Source: Longimicrobiales bacterium
GTDB lineage: Bacteria > Gemmatimonadota > Gemmatimonadetes > Longimicrobiales > Gaopeijiaceae
Direction: 5' to 3'
DNA: 64,000 nt
Assembly (NCBI GenBank): GCA_965198065.1
Contig: CBDAON010000004.1
Coordinates: 2,240,001 to 2,304,000, forward strand
Below the pieces are notes generated by a model. The model did not search any database. It was not told the DNA's origin and worked only from the letters and a program-made list of their open reading frames with translations. Made by a program: the position numbers and the translations under genes. The number at the start of each line of letters is the position of its first letter. The first letter of the stretch is position 1. This document shows positions 21,131 through 31,238 of this stretch, piece after piece.

Positions 21131-22117
21131 ATGAGGCCGTGTCCCGCGTGCCGATCCAAGGGCCCGTTCCGGGCGCACGCTGTGCCCGCCTGCCGCCACG
21201 GTCCGGGGCCCTCGGTCCCCTATCTCGAGTGCGGTGACTTCCGATCGCTCTTCATCAAGCAGATTCCCGATAGCTCCGACGAGCACTACGGTCCGGGTTA
21301 CCACCACCTGGACGAACGAGGGCCCAGGGCCTGGCTTCGGAGGAAGAGGAACCTCCACGCCGTGGCGGGGCGGGGCATCCTGGGTGGGGCCCTCTCGCGC
21401 CTCTTCCCGCCCCCCCTCGAGGGTTTCCCGAAGACCCTGCGGGCGGCCGGGGCGGGGCCCGAGCAAGGGGGGGAGGTCCGGATCCTGGACGTGGGCACGG
21501 GGAGCGCGGAGCTCCTGTTCCGGATGGCGGACGCCGGGTACCGGCGCATCACGGGGGTCGATCCCTTCCTGCCGGAGGGCCTGGACTCGCTCGACTCCTC
21601 CCGTCCGAGGCTCCCGCGTCTCGTCCGGGGCCATCTGGCCGAAATCTCCGGCCGCTTCGACCTCGTCATGTTCCATCATTCTCTCGAGCACGTCCCGGAT
21701 CCGGAGGCGGAGCTCGAGGCGGCCAGGAACCGCCTCGCCCCGGGGGGGAGAGTGCTCGTTCGCGTCCCCATCCTGCCGTGCTTCGCCTGGGAGGAGTACG
21801 GGGTGCTGTGGGTGCAGATCGACGCGCCGAGGCACGCCACGATCTTATCGCGCACGGGGCTCCCCGCCCTGGCGCGCCGGGTGGGGCTCGAGCTGGAATC
21901 CGTCCGGGACGACTCGACCGAGGTCCAGCTTCTCGGGAGCGAGATGTATCGGCAGGGTCGACCCTTGGGGGAGTGGTACGCTCACTACGGCTGGCGGCAG
22001 CGCCGGCGATGGCGGAAGAAGGCGCGGATCCTGAATCGGGACGGCCGCGGGGATCAGGCCGCGTTCGTGTTCAAAGCGCTTCCCGCTCGCGTTGAGGAAG
22101 GCCCACGCGGGAGTTAA
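21131..22117 (+). CDS. class I SAM-dependent methyltransferase
   Basis: ILDVGTGSA, GVDPF, FDLVMFHHSLEHVPDP, DAPRH; N-terminal CxxC. Confidence 0.85.
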   Translation: MRPCPACRSKGPFRAHAVPACRHGPGPSVPYLECGDFRSLFIKQIPDSSDEHYGPGYHHLDERGPRAWLRRKRNLHAVAGRGILGGALSRLFPPPLEGFPKTLRAAGAGPEQGGEVRILDVGTGSAELLFRMADAGYRRITGVDPFLPEGLDSLDSSRPRLPRLVRGHLAEISGRFDLVMFHHSLEHVPDPEAELEAARNRLAPGGRVLVRVPILPCFAWEEYGVLWVQIDAPRHATILSRTGLPALARRVGLELESVRDDSTEVQLLGSEMYRQGRPLGEWYAHYGWRQRRRWRKKARILNRDGRGDQAAFVFKALPARVEEGPRGS

Positions 22118-22129
22118 CGTCCGCCCATC

Positions 22130-24308
22130 ATGAAGCGAATCGTGCACGAGATGGGGTCGGGGAAGCTCCGCATCGCGGACGTGCCCGTGCCGCAGCTTCG
22201 GCCCGGCGGGGTCTTGGTCCGGACCACGCACTCCGTGATCTCGGTCGGCACAGAGCACGCGACGCTCGAGACGGGAGCGAAGTCGCTTCCCGCTAAGGCG
22301 CTGCACCGCCCCGAGCTCGTGCGCAAGGCTCTGGACACGGCCGCGAAGGAAGGAATTGCCAGAGCGTACGCGAAAGTCCGGAGCCGCCTGAGTGAAGCTC
22401 GCCCCCTCGGGTACAGCGCTGCCGGCATCGTGGAGGCGGTGGGGCCCGGGGTCGAGGAGCTCTCGATTGGCGACCGGGTGGCGTGCGCCGGGGCCGAGTA
22501 CGCCTCCCACGCCGAGTGGAACTGGGTTCCGAAGAACCTCACGGCACGGATTCCCGATGGGGTCTCGGACGAGCATGCGGCGTTCTCGACACTGGGCTCG
22601 ATCGCGCTCCACGGGGTGCGTCAGGCCGAGCCGGGAATCGGTGAGTGGGTCGGGGTCATCGGGCTGGGGCTCCTGGGTCAGCTTGCCGTCCGCATTCTTC
22701 GGGCGGCGGGGGTGAACGTCGTCGGGGTGGACCTCGACCCGGTGAGGGTCCGTATCGGTCGGGACGGGGGCGCCCACGCGTTCCCCCGAACGGACCCGCT
22801 GGACGTCGCCGTGCGGCAGCTCACCGAGGGCCGGGGGCTCGACGCCGTCCTTCTCGCGGCCGCGGTGGTGAGCGCCGATCCCGTCGAGCTCGCGGGGACG
22901 CTGGCCAGGGACCGGGCGCGCGTCGTGGCGCTCGGCGCGTTCCCGATCGAGATCCCTCGGGCCCTCTACTACGAGAAGGAGCTCGAGCTCAGGCTCTCCC
23001 GCTCGTACGGCCCAGGACGTTACGACCGGTCGTACGAGGAGGGCGGGGTCGACTACCCGCTCGGCTACGTGCGCTGGACCGAAGGTCGGAACCTGGCTGC
23101 GTTCCTCGACCTCCTGGCGAGCGGAGCCGTCCGGGTCGAGCCCCTGGTGACACACAGGTTTCCGTTTGCGCGGGCCGAGGACGCCTACGAGCTGATCATG
23201 AGGGGTGGCCCGACCGAGGGCCTGGGCGTGGTGCTGGAATATCCCACGGAGGGTAGGGAGGAGCCGCGGCGGATCCAGGTCCGGGCGGATGCTACCTCGG
23301 CGCGCCGCGCTGTGCGTGCCCCGGCCGCGGGCAGCGTCGGCGATCCGGTCCGGATCGGGCTGATCGGAGCCGGAAGCTTCGCCCGGGGCACCCTCCTTCC
23401 CCTGCTTCGTGGGCGCGGGATCGACCTCCGGGGCGTCGTGACCCAGAGCGGGACCAGCGCCCGCGCGACGGCCGAGCGGTTCGGGTTCCGCTACATGGCG
23501 TCCGATCCCGAGGAGCTCTTCGGGGATCCGGAGATCGTCGCGACGCGTCGCGACGCGCCATCGCGCTCACGCGACCCTCGCTGCCAAAGCGCTCCGGGCG
23601 GGCAAGGCCGTCCTGGTCGAGAAGCCACTCGCCCTGGACGAGCCCTCCCTAGACGATGTGATCGACGCCGCCGGGTCGGGGCCGCTCCTCATGGTGGGCT
23701 TCAACCGCCGCTTCGCTCCGGCGACCCAGCTCCTCGTCCAGGGCCTCCGTGGGGTCACCGGGGGCCGGGTGGTGCACGCCAGAGTGAACGCGGGGAGCAT
23801 CGAGCCCGGCCACTGGATCCACGATCCGTTCGAGGGCGGCGGGCGCCTCGTCGGGGAGGGGTGCCACTTCGTGGATCTGGTCCTCCATCTGGCGGGCTCG
23901 CTTCCCGTCGAGGTCCACGCGACGGCCCTCCGCGGAGACGACCCCGACGCGAGCCTTCGGGACAGCGCTCAGGTCACGCTCCGCTGCGCGGACGGATCGA
24001 TCGGGTCCATCGTCTGTACGTCCAAAGGACATCCGCGGGCCGGGAAGGAGCGGATCGAGGTGTTCGCGGGCGGGGCGACCGGGGTGATCGACGACTTCCG
24101 CCGCGCTGATCTCTTCGGTCCCGGACGGGCCCGGAGGAGATGGAAGGGGCGGCAGGCCAAGGGACACCGCGAGGAGCTCTCGGCGTTCATCGATGCCGTG
24201 GCCCAGAGGGGGCCCGCGCCAATTCCCCTGGCTGAGCTGGAGGCGTCTTCCCGGGCCGTGCTTCGAGCGCGGCGGTCCCTGGAGGAGAGGAGGGCGCTCT
24301 CCCTCTGA
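22130..24308 (+). pseudogene. bi-domain oxidoreductase (Zn-ADH-like + Gfo/Idh/MocA), frameshift near 23540
   Basis: SVISVGTE, GLGLLG, SRSYGPGRYD, VRWTEGRN, IGAGSFA; after the shift VEKPLA, VGFNRRFAP, GEGCHFVD. Confidence 0.85.
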
Positions 24309-24408
24309 GGCGGCCCCCCCTGCGGGGCCCCGAAGGAGTTGCGTCCTTCCCCCCCGCGCCCGACCTTCCCTGTCCGGTTTCTCGACCCTCCTTCAGAGGC
24401 GTCGCGGC

Positions 24409-24634
24409 ATGGCCACCTGGTTCAAGAAGAGCTACAAGCCCACGATTGAGGAGCTGCCCGAAGCGCTCCGCGAGATCCTTGTGGAAGTCCGCCAGGAGAA
24501 GGGGGAGCTCGAGGCCCTTCTCGCGAGGGTGGCGGGTCAGGAAAGCGCGATGGCCGCGCAGGCCACCCGGCTCGAGGAGTTCCACGGTCGCCAGGAGAAC
24601 CTTTCCATCCACCTGGGGGCCCTCGAGGCGATTC
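24409..24634 (+). pseudogene. N-terminal fragment of a coiled-coil protein that runs in frame into the leader of the next gene
   Basis: MATWFKK... heptad-like E/L-rich segment. At 24635 the sequence switches to ACCTAAAACCCAGGGGAAC, identical to the non-coding leader of the paralogue at ~27216. Confidence 0.5.
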
Positions 24635-24657
24635 ACCTAAAACCCAGGGGAACATTT

Positions 24658-27042
24658 ATGCGGGGGAACATCATGCGTCTCGGCGTCCTGTTAGCGCTCG
24701 TCACGGGTTTCGTTCTGACCGCTCCCCCGGCCGACCTCTCCGCCCAGGTAACCCCACCCGCCGAGGGGCGCCGTGCGGCCGCGGCTCGCGCAGCGGGCCC
24801 CGAGATGAGGCCGCCGTCCACGCCCGCGGGCGTGGACATGAGCACGACTCAGTACGGGCTCGAGCCCGGGCGTCCCCGGGTCACGCCGTACCGGACGGAC
24901 ACGCCGCCCGTGATCGACGCCAACCTGGACGACCCGGTCTGGGCGAACGCCGCCTACCTCAATGAGTTCACCCAGGAGTCCCCGAACGACGGCGCCCCGG
25001 CCACGGAGGAAACCGAGATCTGGATCGCGTACGACGAGGATCACATCTACATCGCGTGTTACGCCCATTATTCGGACCTCGGCCTCATGCGGGCCAATCT
25101 GCTCCGGCGGGACCGGGCCAATGTCGACGACCTCTGTACGATCTACTTCGACACGTTCCTGGACCAGCAGCGGGGCTACGACTTCGACGTAAACGGCTAC
25201 GGCGTCCAGGGTGACGGCCTCATGTCCGTGGCGCGGCGCGGGGGCGGTCGCGGGGGTGGTGGCGGTACCCAGGTCCCACCCGCGGACCGCTCTTGGGATG
25301 CCCTGTTCGATACGGCGGGGCAGCCGGTAGAAGACGGGTACGTGGCCGAGATGGCCATCCCCTTCAAGAGCCTCCGCTTCCCGAGCCCTCCCGACGGCGA
25401 GCCTCACCGGTGGGGGTTCCAGATCGTCCGCGAGATCAAGTCCAAGGGCCCCGAGCAGATCGTGTGGTCGCCCATGTCCCGGTCCGTATCGGGCTTCTTC
25501 ACCCAGATGGGCATCCTCGAGGGGATGACGGACATCTCGCAGACCCGAAACATCGAGGTTCTTCCGACGGCGGTGGCGATCCAGCACGGGGAGATTGACG
25601 CGACCCGACCTGGCTTCGTGAACGAGAGCGCGGATCCAGACTTTGGGGTGAACCTGAAGTACGGTGTCACGACGAACCTCGTCGCCGACTTCACGGTAAA
25701 TCCGGACTTCTCACAGATCGAGTCGGACCGGGGACAGATCGAGACGAACCTGCGCTTTCCCATTTCCTTCCCGGAGCTCCGGCCCTTCTTCGTTGAAGGG
25801 GCCGAGATCTTCAGCATCCGCGCTCCGGTGACCTTCGTACACACGCGGACGATCGTGGACCCGGACTATGGCGCCAAACTCTCGGGACAGATCGGACGCT
25901 TCACGCTGGGCGTCGTCACGGCGAACGACGTAGCTCCCGGAAACGTGGACGATCCCGACGATCCCGCGAAGGGCCAGACGGCCCAGACGTACATCGCGAG
26001 GGCGCAGTACGATCTGTTCCCGGAGTCGAACGTCGGGATGATCTTCACCGACCGCGAGTTCATGACCAGCTACAGCCGTCTCTACGGGGCCGACTCGAAC
26101 ATCCGGTTCAGCTCGACGATTTCCGGAGATATGAAGCTGGTGAGGTCGGACCACCGGGCCCTGGGCGACGAGCAGGCGACCGATGGACACATGTTCTCGA
26201 CCCGCCTCTCCCACAACGGCCGTACCCTGGGACTGACGTTCCAGGCCAACCAGATCTCTCCCGACTTCAGGACGGACGTGGGCTTCGTTCGCCGCCGGGA
26301 TCAGCGGGAGGCTTCGGGGAACGCGTCGGTCCGGTTCTGGCCCGCCGGGAGCGTGCTCGTGAACTGGGGGCCCTCGGTCGATTACGGACGACTGTACGAC
26401 TTCAGCGAGGTCCTCCAGGACGAGAACCTGGGCGCGGGCATCAACTTTTCGTTCGTCCGCAACATCAGCGTCGGCGCCAACCTGAGTCGCAATATGGAGC
26501 GGTTCGGCGGGACGGAATACGAGATGAGCGGGTTCTCGGTCCGCGGGAACGTCAACGCCCGGCAGTACTCCTTCGGGACCAACTTCTCGAAGGGAGAGTC
26601 CCTCTTCTTCGCGGAGGAGATCGTCGGAGACTCGTTCCGTTGGAGCGTGAACGGATCATTTCGCCCGAGTGACCGGATGCAGACCGGGCTGAACTACACC
26701 TCGAGCCGCCTCACGGACCCCCAGAGGGGGGACCTCGAGCTCGTCGACGTGAAGATCATCCGGTCCAACACGAGCGTTCAGTTCACCGAGCGGCTGGGGT
26801 TCCGGAACATCGTCGAGTATAGCACGCAGGAGGAGACCCTCGACTTCAACCTTCTCTTCCAGTACCAGGTAAACGCGGGAACAGTCTTCTATCTGGGCTA
26901 CGACGACCACTACCAGCAGGCCGACCTGATCGAGGGCGATCGGGATGGAGACGGAGTGGACGAGTACCTCTTCCAGGGCGACTCGCTCCGCCGCACCAAC
27001 CGGGCGATCTTCTTCAAGGCGCAGTATCTCTTGAGGTACTGA
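24658..27042 (+). CDS. exported protein with CBM9-like N-domain and DUF5916-type beta-barrel region (copy 1)
   Basis: Signal peptide, PPVIDANLDDPVW, AEMAIPFKSLRF, TVNPDFSQIESD, FPELRPFFVEG, C-terminal FFKAQYLLRY. Confidence 0.8.
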   Translation: MRGNIMRLGVLLALVTGFVLTAPPADLSAQVTPPAEGRRAAAARAAGPEMRPPSTPAGVDMSTTQYGLEPGRPRVTPYRTDTPPVIDANLDDPVWANAAYLNEFTQESPNDGAPATEETEIWIAYDEDHIYIACYAHYSDLGLMRANLLRRDRANVDDLCTIYFDTFLDQQRGYDFDVNGYGVQGDGLMSVARRGGGRGGGGGTQVPPADRSWDALFDTAGQPVEDGYVAEMAIPFKSLRFPSPPDGEPHRWGFQIVREIKSKGPEQIVWSPMSRSVSGFFTQMGILEGMTDISQTRNIEVLPTAVAIQHGEIDATRPGFVNESADPDFGVNLKYGVTTNLVADFTVNPDFSQIESDRGQIETNLRFPISFPELRPFFVEGAEIFSIRAPVTFVHTRTIVDPDYGAKLSGQIGRFTLGVVTANDVAPGNVDDPDDPAKGQTAQTYIARAQYDLFPESNVGMIFTDREFMTSYSRLYGADSNIRFSSTISGDMKLVRSDHRALGDEQATDGHMFSTRLSHNGRTLGLTFQANQISPDFRTDVGFVRRRDQREASGNASVRFWPAGSVLVNWGPSVDYGRLYDFSEVLQDENLGAGINFSFVRNISVGANLSRNMERFGGTEYEMSGFSVRGNVNARQYSFGTNFSKGESLFFAEEIVGDSFRWSVNGSFRPSDRMQTGLNYTSSRLTDPQRGDLELVDVKIIRSNTSVQFTERLGFRNIVEYSTQEETLDFNLLFQYQVNAGTVFYLGYDDHYQQADLIEGDRDGDGVDEYLFQGDSLRRTNRAIFFKAQYLLRY

Positions 27043-27081
27043 GCCGGCCAGTTCGTTTTTCCGCCGCAGGTCCTTTGAATG

Positions 27082-27111
27082 GGGCCCTCGTCTTCGGACG
27101 AGGGCCCTTTT
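27082..27111 (+). terminator. intrinsic terminator
   Basis: GGGCCCTCGTC-TTCG-GACGAGGGCCC followed by TTTT. Confidence 0.85.
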
Positions 27112-27237
27112 GATTGCGGGCCGACGATTAGCTAGCGGGTGATAGCTTGTTGGACCACCACCGGCGTGACCCGCGCCTTGACAGTACTTCGTAGCAGTTC
27201 CAGCATTAGCGGTTGACCTAAAACCCAGGGGAACATT

Positions 27238-29628
27238 ATGCGGGGGAACATCATGCGTCTCGGCGTCCTGTTAGCGCTCGTCGCCGGTTTCGTTCTAACC
27301 GCTCCCCCGGACGACCTCTCCGCCCAGGTAACGCGACCCCCCGAGCCCCCGGGCCGTGCGGCCGCCGCTCGCGCGGCCGGCCCCGAGATGAGGCCGCCGC
27401 ACACGCCCTCGGGCGTGGACCTGAACACGACTCAGTACGGCCTAGAGCCCGGGCGTCCCCGGATCACGCCGTACCGGACGGACACGCCCCCCGTGATCGA
27501 CGCCAACCTGGACGATCCGGTCTGGGCCCGGGCCGCGTACCTCAACGAGTTCACCCAGGAGGCCCCGAACGAGGGCGCACCGGCCACCGAGCGGACCGAG
27601 GTCTGGATCGCGTACGACGATGACCACATCTACTTCGCGTTCTACGCCCATTTCTCGGACCTGGGCCTCATGCGGGCCAATCGGGTGCAGCGGGACCGGG
27701 CCATGGGCGACGACCTCATGACGGTCTACTTCGACACGTTCCTGGACCAGCAGCGGGGCTACGACTTCGACGTGAACGGCTACGGCGTCCAGGGTGACGG
27801 CCTCATGTCCGTGGGGGGCCGCGGGGGCGGTGGCCGTGGGGGCGGTGGCGGTACCGCCGTTCCACCCGCGGACCGATCCTGGGATGCCCTGTTCGATACG
27901 GCGGGTCGGCTGGTGGAGGACGGGTTCGTGGCCGAGATGCGGATCCCCTTCAAGAGCCTACGCTATCCGGCCCTCCCTGAGGGCGAGCCCCATCGGTGGG
28001 GGTTCCAGATCGTCCGCGAGGTCAAGTCCAAGGGCCCGGAGCAAATGGTGTGGTCGCCCATGTCCCGGGCCGTATCGGGCTTCTTCACCCAGATGGGCAT
28101 CCTCGAGGGCATGAGGGACATCTCGCAGACCCGGAACATCGAGGTCCTTCCCACCTTTACAGCGATCCAGCATGGTGAGATCGACGCGACCCGACCCGGC
28201 TTCGTGAACGACAAGACGGATCCGGACTTCGGGGTGAACGTGAAGTACGGGGTGACGTCGAACCTCGTGGCGGACTTTACGGTGAATCCCGACTTCTCCC
28301 AGATCGAGTCGGACCGGGGGCAGATCGAGACGAACCTGCGCTTCCCCATTTCCTTCCCGGAGCTCCGGCCCTTCTTCGTGGAGGGGAGCGAGATCTTCAG
28401 CATCCGGGCGCCGGTGACCATTGTGCACACGCGGACGATCGTGGACCCGGGCTATGGCGCCAAGCTCTCGGGACAGATCGGACGCTTCACGCTGGGCATC
28501 CTGACGGCGAATGACGTGGCCCCCGGAAACGTGGACGACCCGGACGATCCCGCGAAGGGCAGGACGGCCCAGACGTTCATCGCGAGGGCGCAGTACGATC
28601 TGTTCTCGGAATCGAACGTCGGGATGATCTTCACGGACCGCGAGTTCATGGACAGCTACAGCCGCCTATACGGGATCGACTCGAACATCCGCTTCAGCTC
28701 GACGATTTCCGGCGATCTCCGGGCAGTGAGGACTCAGCGCCGGGCCCTGCGCGACGAGGGGGCGACGGACGGGCACCTGCTCTCGGGCCGCCTCTCCCAT
28801 AGCGGCCGTACCCTGGGAGTGTCGCTCCAGGCCAACCAGATCTCGCCCGACTTCAGGACGGACGTGGGCTTCGTTCGCCGCCGGGATCAGCGGGAGGCGT
28901 CGGGGAGCGCATCGGTCCGGTTCTGGCCCGCCGAGAGCGTGCTCGTGAACTGGGGCCCCTCGGTCAATTACGGACGGCTGTACGATTTCGACGAGGTCCT
29001 CCAGGACGAGAACCTGGGGGCGGGCATCAACTTCCAGTTCGTCCGCAACATCGGCTTCAGCGCCAACCTGACTCGCGACAAGGAGCTGTTCGCGGGGACC
29101 AATTACGAGACGAGCGGGGTCTCGCTCCGCGGGAACGTAGGCGCCCGGTCTTACTCCCTCGGGACCAACATTTCGAAGGGGGAGCAAATCTTTTACGCGG
29201 ACGAGATTGTTGGGGACCAGTTCCGCTGGGGCGTGAACGGATCGATTCGCCCAAGGGACTGGATGTCGACCGGGCTGAACTACACCTTCAGTCGCCTCAC
29301 GGACCCCAGCCGAGGGGACCTAGAGCTCTACAACATCAAGATCATCCGGTCCAACTCGAGCATTCAGTTCACGGAGCGACTCGGGCTCCGGAACATCGTC
29401 GAGTTCAGCACGCAGGATGAGACCGTCGACTTCAACCTCCTCTTCCAGTACCGGGTGAACGCCGGGACGGTCTTCTACCTGGGCTACGATGATCACTACC
29501 AGCAGGCCGACCTGATCGAGGGCGACCGGGACGGAGACGGGAACGACGAGTACCTGTTCCAGGGCGACTCGCTCCGTCGTACGAACCGGGCGATCTTCTT
29601 CAAGGCGCAGTACCTCTTGAGGTACTGA
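27238..29628 (+). CDS. exported protein with CBM9-like N-domain and DUF5916-type beta-barrel region (copy 2)
   Basis: Colinear, highly similar paralogue of 24658-27042 with the same motifs and the same C-terminus. Confidence 0.82.
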   Translation: MRGNIMRLGVLLALVAGFVLTAPPDDLSAQVTRPPEPPGRAAAARAAGPEMRPPHTPSGVDLNTTQYGLEPGRPRITPYRTDTPPVIDANLDDPVWARAAYLNEFTQEAPNEGAPATERTEVWIAYDDDHIYFAFYAHFSDLGLMRANRVQRDRAMGDDLMTVYFDTFLDQQRGYDFDVNGYGVQGDGLMSVGGRGGGGRGGGGGTAVPPADRSWDALFDTAGRLVEDGFVAEMRIPFKSLRYPALPEGEPHRWGFQIVREVKSKGPEQMVWSPMSRAVSGFFTQMGILEGMRDISQTRNIEVLPTFTAIQHGEIDATRPGFVNDKTDPDFGVNVKYGVTSNLVADFTVNPDFSQIESDRGQIETNLRFPISFPELRPFFVEGSEIFSIRAPVTIVHTRTIVDPGYGAKLSGQIGRFTLGILTANDVAPGNVDDPDDPAKGRTAQTFIARAQYDLFSESNVGMIFTDREFMDSYSRLYGIDSNIRFSSTISGDLRAVRTQRRALRDEGATDGHLLSGRLSHSGRTLGVSLQANQISPDFRTDVGFVRRRDQREASGSASVRFWPAESVLVNWGPSVNYGRLYDFDEVLQDENLGAGINFQFVRNIGFSANLTRDKELFAGTNYETSGVSLRGNVGARSYSLGTNISKGEQIFYADEIVGDQFRWGVNGSIRPRDWMSTGLNYTFSRLTDPSRGDLELYNIKIIRSNSSIQFTERLGLRNIVEFSTQDETVDFNLLFQYRVNAGTVFYLGYDDHYQQADLIEGDRDGDGNDEYLFQGDSLRRTNRAIFFKAQYLLRY

Positions 29629-29663
29629 GGCGGTTCGCTTCTACGCCGCGGCTCCTTTGGGCG

Positions 29664-29693
29664 GGGCCCTCGTCTTCGGGCGAGGGCCCTTTT
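29664..29693 (+). terminator. intrinsic terminator, paralogous to 27082
   Basis: GGGCCCTCGTC-TTCG-GGCGAGGGCCC followed by TTTT. Confidence 0.85.
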
Positions 29694-29737
29694 GGTTGGG
29701 GGCCGACCCATCTTTGTGCGGGGTCAGACCCTCTGTC

Positions 29738-29754
29738 ACACCACGAAGTGGTGT
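29738..29754. promoter_or_regulatory. palindrome in the AT-rich vapBC promoter region, candidate antitoxin operator
   Basis: ACACCAC-GAA-GTGGTGT, about 60 bp upstream of vapB. Confidence 0.45.
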
Positions 29755-29815
29755 TATAGATTGGTGTATTGTCTCGATGTATATGGTGCGGTGCTTCTAG
29801 TGTGTGAGCAGGTCA

Positions 29816-30028
29816 ATGTCCACGAAGCGGCTCAGCGTGACGGTAGACCCGGAGCTCCTGAACGAAGCCGTGCGTCTCACCGGAGCCGGCTCCCAGAGGG
29901 AGGCGATCGAGATGGCGCTCGATGAGATGGTCCGACGGCGGCGCCTCGAGCGCATGATCCGTCGCGCGGGATCCGTGCCGCTCGTGATCTCGGTGGACGA
30001 CCTCTTGTCATCCCGAGAGGAAGAGTGA
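29816..30028 (+). CDS. vapB: type II antitoxin, VapB family (RHH-like)
   Basis: KRLSVTVDPELLNEAVRLTG...REAIEMAL pattern; overlaps the PIN gene (GTGA). Confidence 0.8.
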   Translation: MSTKRLSVTVDPELLNEAVRLTGAGSQREAIEMALDEMVRRRRLERMIRRAGSVPLVISVDDLLSSREEE

Positions 30029-30423
30029 AGGTCTTGATCGACTCGTCGGTCTGGATCGACTATTACCGGCCGTTCGGCACGGCTTCGCTCAGGGATTCGG
30101 TTTCGGACGCCCTCGTTTCCGGGCGGGTCTCGATCCTCCCGCTCATCGCCACCGAAGTTCTCAGGGGAGCGCCGGACGAAGGGGAGCTCGAGGCGTTGGC
30201 CGAGGACTTCTCCGCGCTGGATCTGCTCGAGGTGGATCTGGGCGTGGGCGTGGGCGCCGCCAGGATTGGAATGGCCCTCCGGCACCGGGGCGTCACGGCT
30301 CCGGCCACCGACCTGCTTATCGCCGCCGCTGCCATCGCCACCGAGCGCGAGGTCTGGCACCAGGATCGGCATTTCGAGGCCATCGCAAGCGTCGTACCGC
30401 TTGCCGAGCGGAGGATCGCTTAG
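30025..30423 (+). CDS. vapC: PIN-domain toxin VapC
   Basis: LIDSSVWID, E, DLLIAA and DRHF acidic PIN tetrad. Confidence 0.88.
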   Translation: MKVLIDSSVWIDYYRPFGTASLRDSVSDALVSGRVSILPLIATEVLRGAPDEGELEALAEDFSALDLLEVDLGVGVGAARIGMALRHRGVTAPATDLLIAAAAIATEREVWHQDRHFEAIASVVPLAERRIA

Positions 30424-30469
30424 GCCCGGCTACCCTCGTGACTCAGGTGCCAGGTTCTGGCCCCGACGT

Positions 30470-30928
30470 TCAGGCGCCCAGCGAAGCCGGATGTAGCTGG
30501 AGTTGCCCCCAGAGCTCGGCCCCCGGATGGGAAGAGGCCGACTTTCGAGCGGTCTCGATGGAGCCCGCGTAGTCCCCGTCCCAGGCCAGAAGCAGCACGT
30601 CGATCCAGAGCGCCGTCGCCGCAATCAAGAGGTCGGGAAAAGGGATCGGCCGGCCGGCGGCTCGCAGGAACGCCCCCATGGACCCGGCGGAAGCGGCGGC
30701 CTCCTCCGAAAGGAGAACGGACGGCACCAGAGAGAGCTTCCGGGACAGCTCGGCCGCTCCCTCGATCGTGCTCTCTCCAGTGATGAGCTCCGCGACCGCG
30801 ACGGCGGGAAGGAGTGCCGTGCCGCTCGCGATCTCCCCGTGCGCTGCCTGGATCACGCTGCCGGTTCCCGGTGGCGGACTCCTCCGAAGAAGGAGCACTC
30901 CCACCGTCGTGTCAAAGAGCGCGGCCAC
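30470..30928 (-). CDS. vapC: PIN-domain toxin VapC (second pair)
   Basis: LFDTT, AVAEL, FPDLLIAATA, AWDGDY. Confidence 0.75.
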   Translation of the reverse strand: MAALFDTTVGVLLLRRSPPPGTGSVIQAAHGEIASGTALLPAVAVAELITGESTIEGAAELSRKLSLVPSVLLSEEAAASAGSMGAFLRAAGRPIPFPDLLIAATALWIDVLLLAWDGDYAGSIETARKSASSHPGAELWGQLQLHPASLGA

Positions 30929-31133
30929 CGTGCTCGCGACGGTAGCTCAGGAAGTTCTCGACGCTCTCCCACGAGAGGCCCGAGCCGACGAGATCCTGCC
31001 AGGCCCGCCGAGTCTCGGTACGATCGACTGCTTCGCGCAGCGCCGTCTCTATGGCCTCGGTGAAGGTGGCGGCACCGAGCGCCGCTTTCGCCTCCTCGAG
31101 GAGCTTACGGTCGAGATCCAGCGTCGTTCTCAT
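30912..31133 (-). CDS. vapB: type II antitoxin, VapB family (second pair)
   Basis: MRTTLDLDRKLLEEAK...TEAIETALRE; GGAG RBS; overlaps the PIN gene. Confidence 0.8.
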   Translation of the reverse strand: MRTTLDLDRKLLEEAKAALGAATFTEAIETALREAVDRTETRRAWQDLVGSGLSWESVENFLSYRREHGGRAL

Positions 31134-31146
31134 GGGGACGCTCCGT

Positions 31147-31190
31147 CTATGCATAGCGTGCATCTGATTCGTATGCATACCAAGCTGCAT
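31147..31190. promoter_or_regulatory. array of TGCAT-core palindromes upstream of the second vapB, candidate operator
   Basis: CTATGCATAG (31147-31156), GTATGCATAC (31171-31180) and two more TGCAT cores. Confidence 0.55.
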
Positions 31191-31238
31191 GGCGCTGGAG
31201 GACACCGCAAGGGAGGGCTTCCAGCTGGAGGGCCCCCG

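Noticed and set aside
24658..29628. DGR template/variable repeat pair
   Set aside because: Differences span whole genes, include many synonymous changes and are not adenine-specific.
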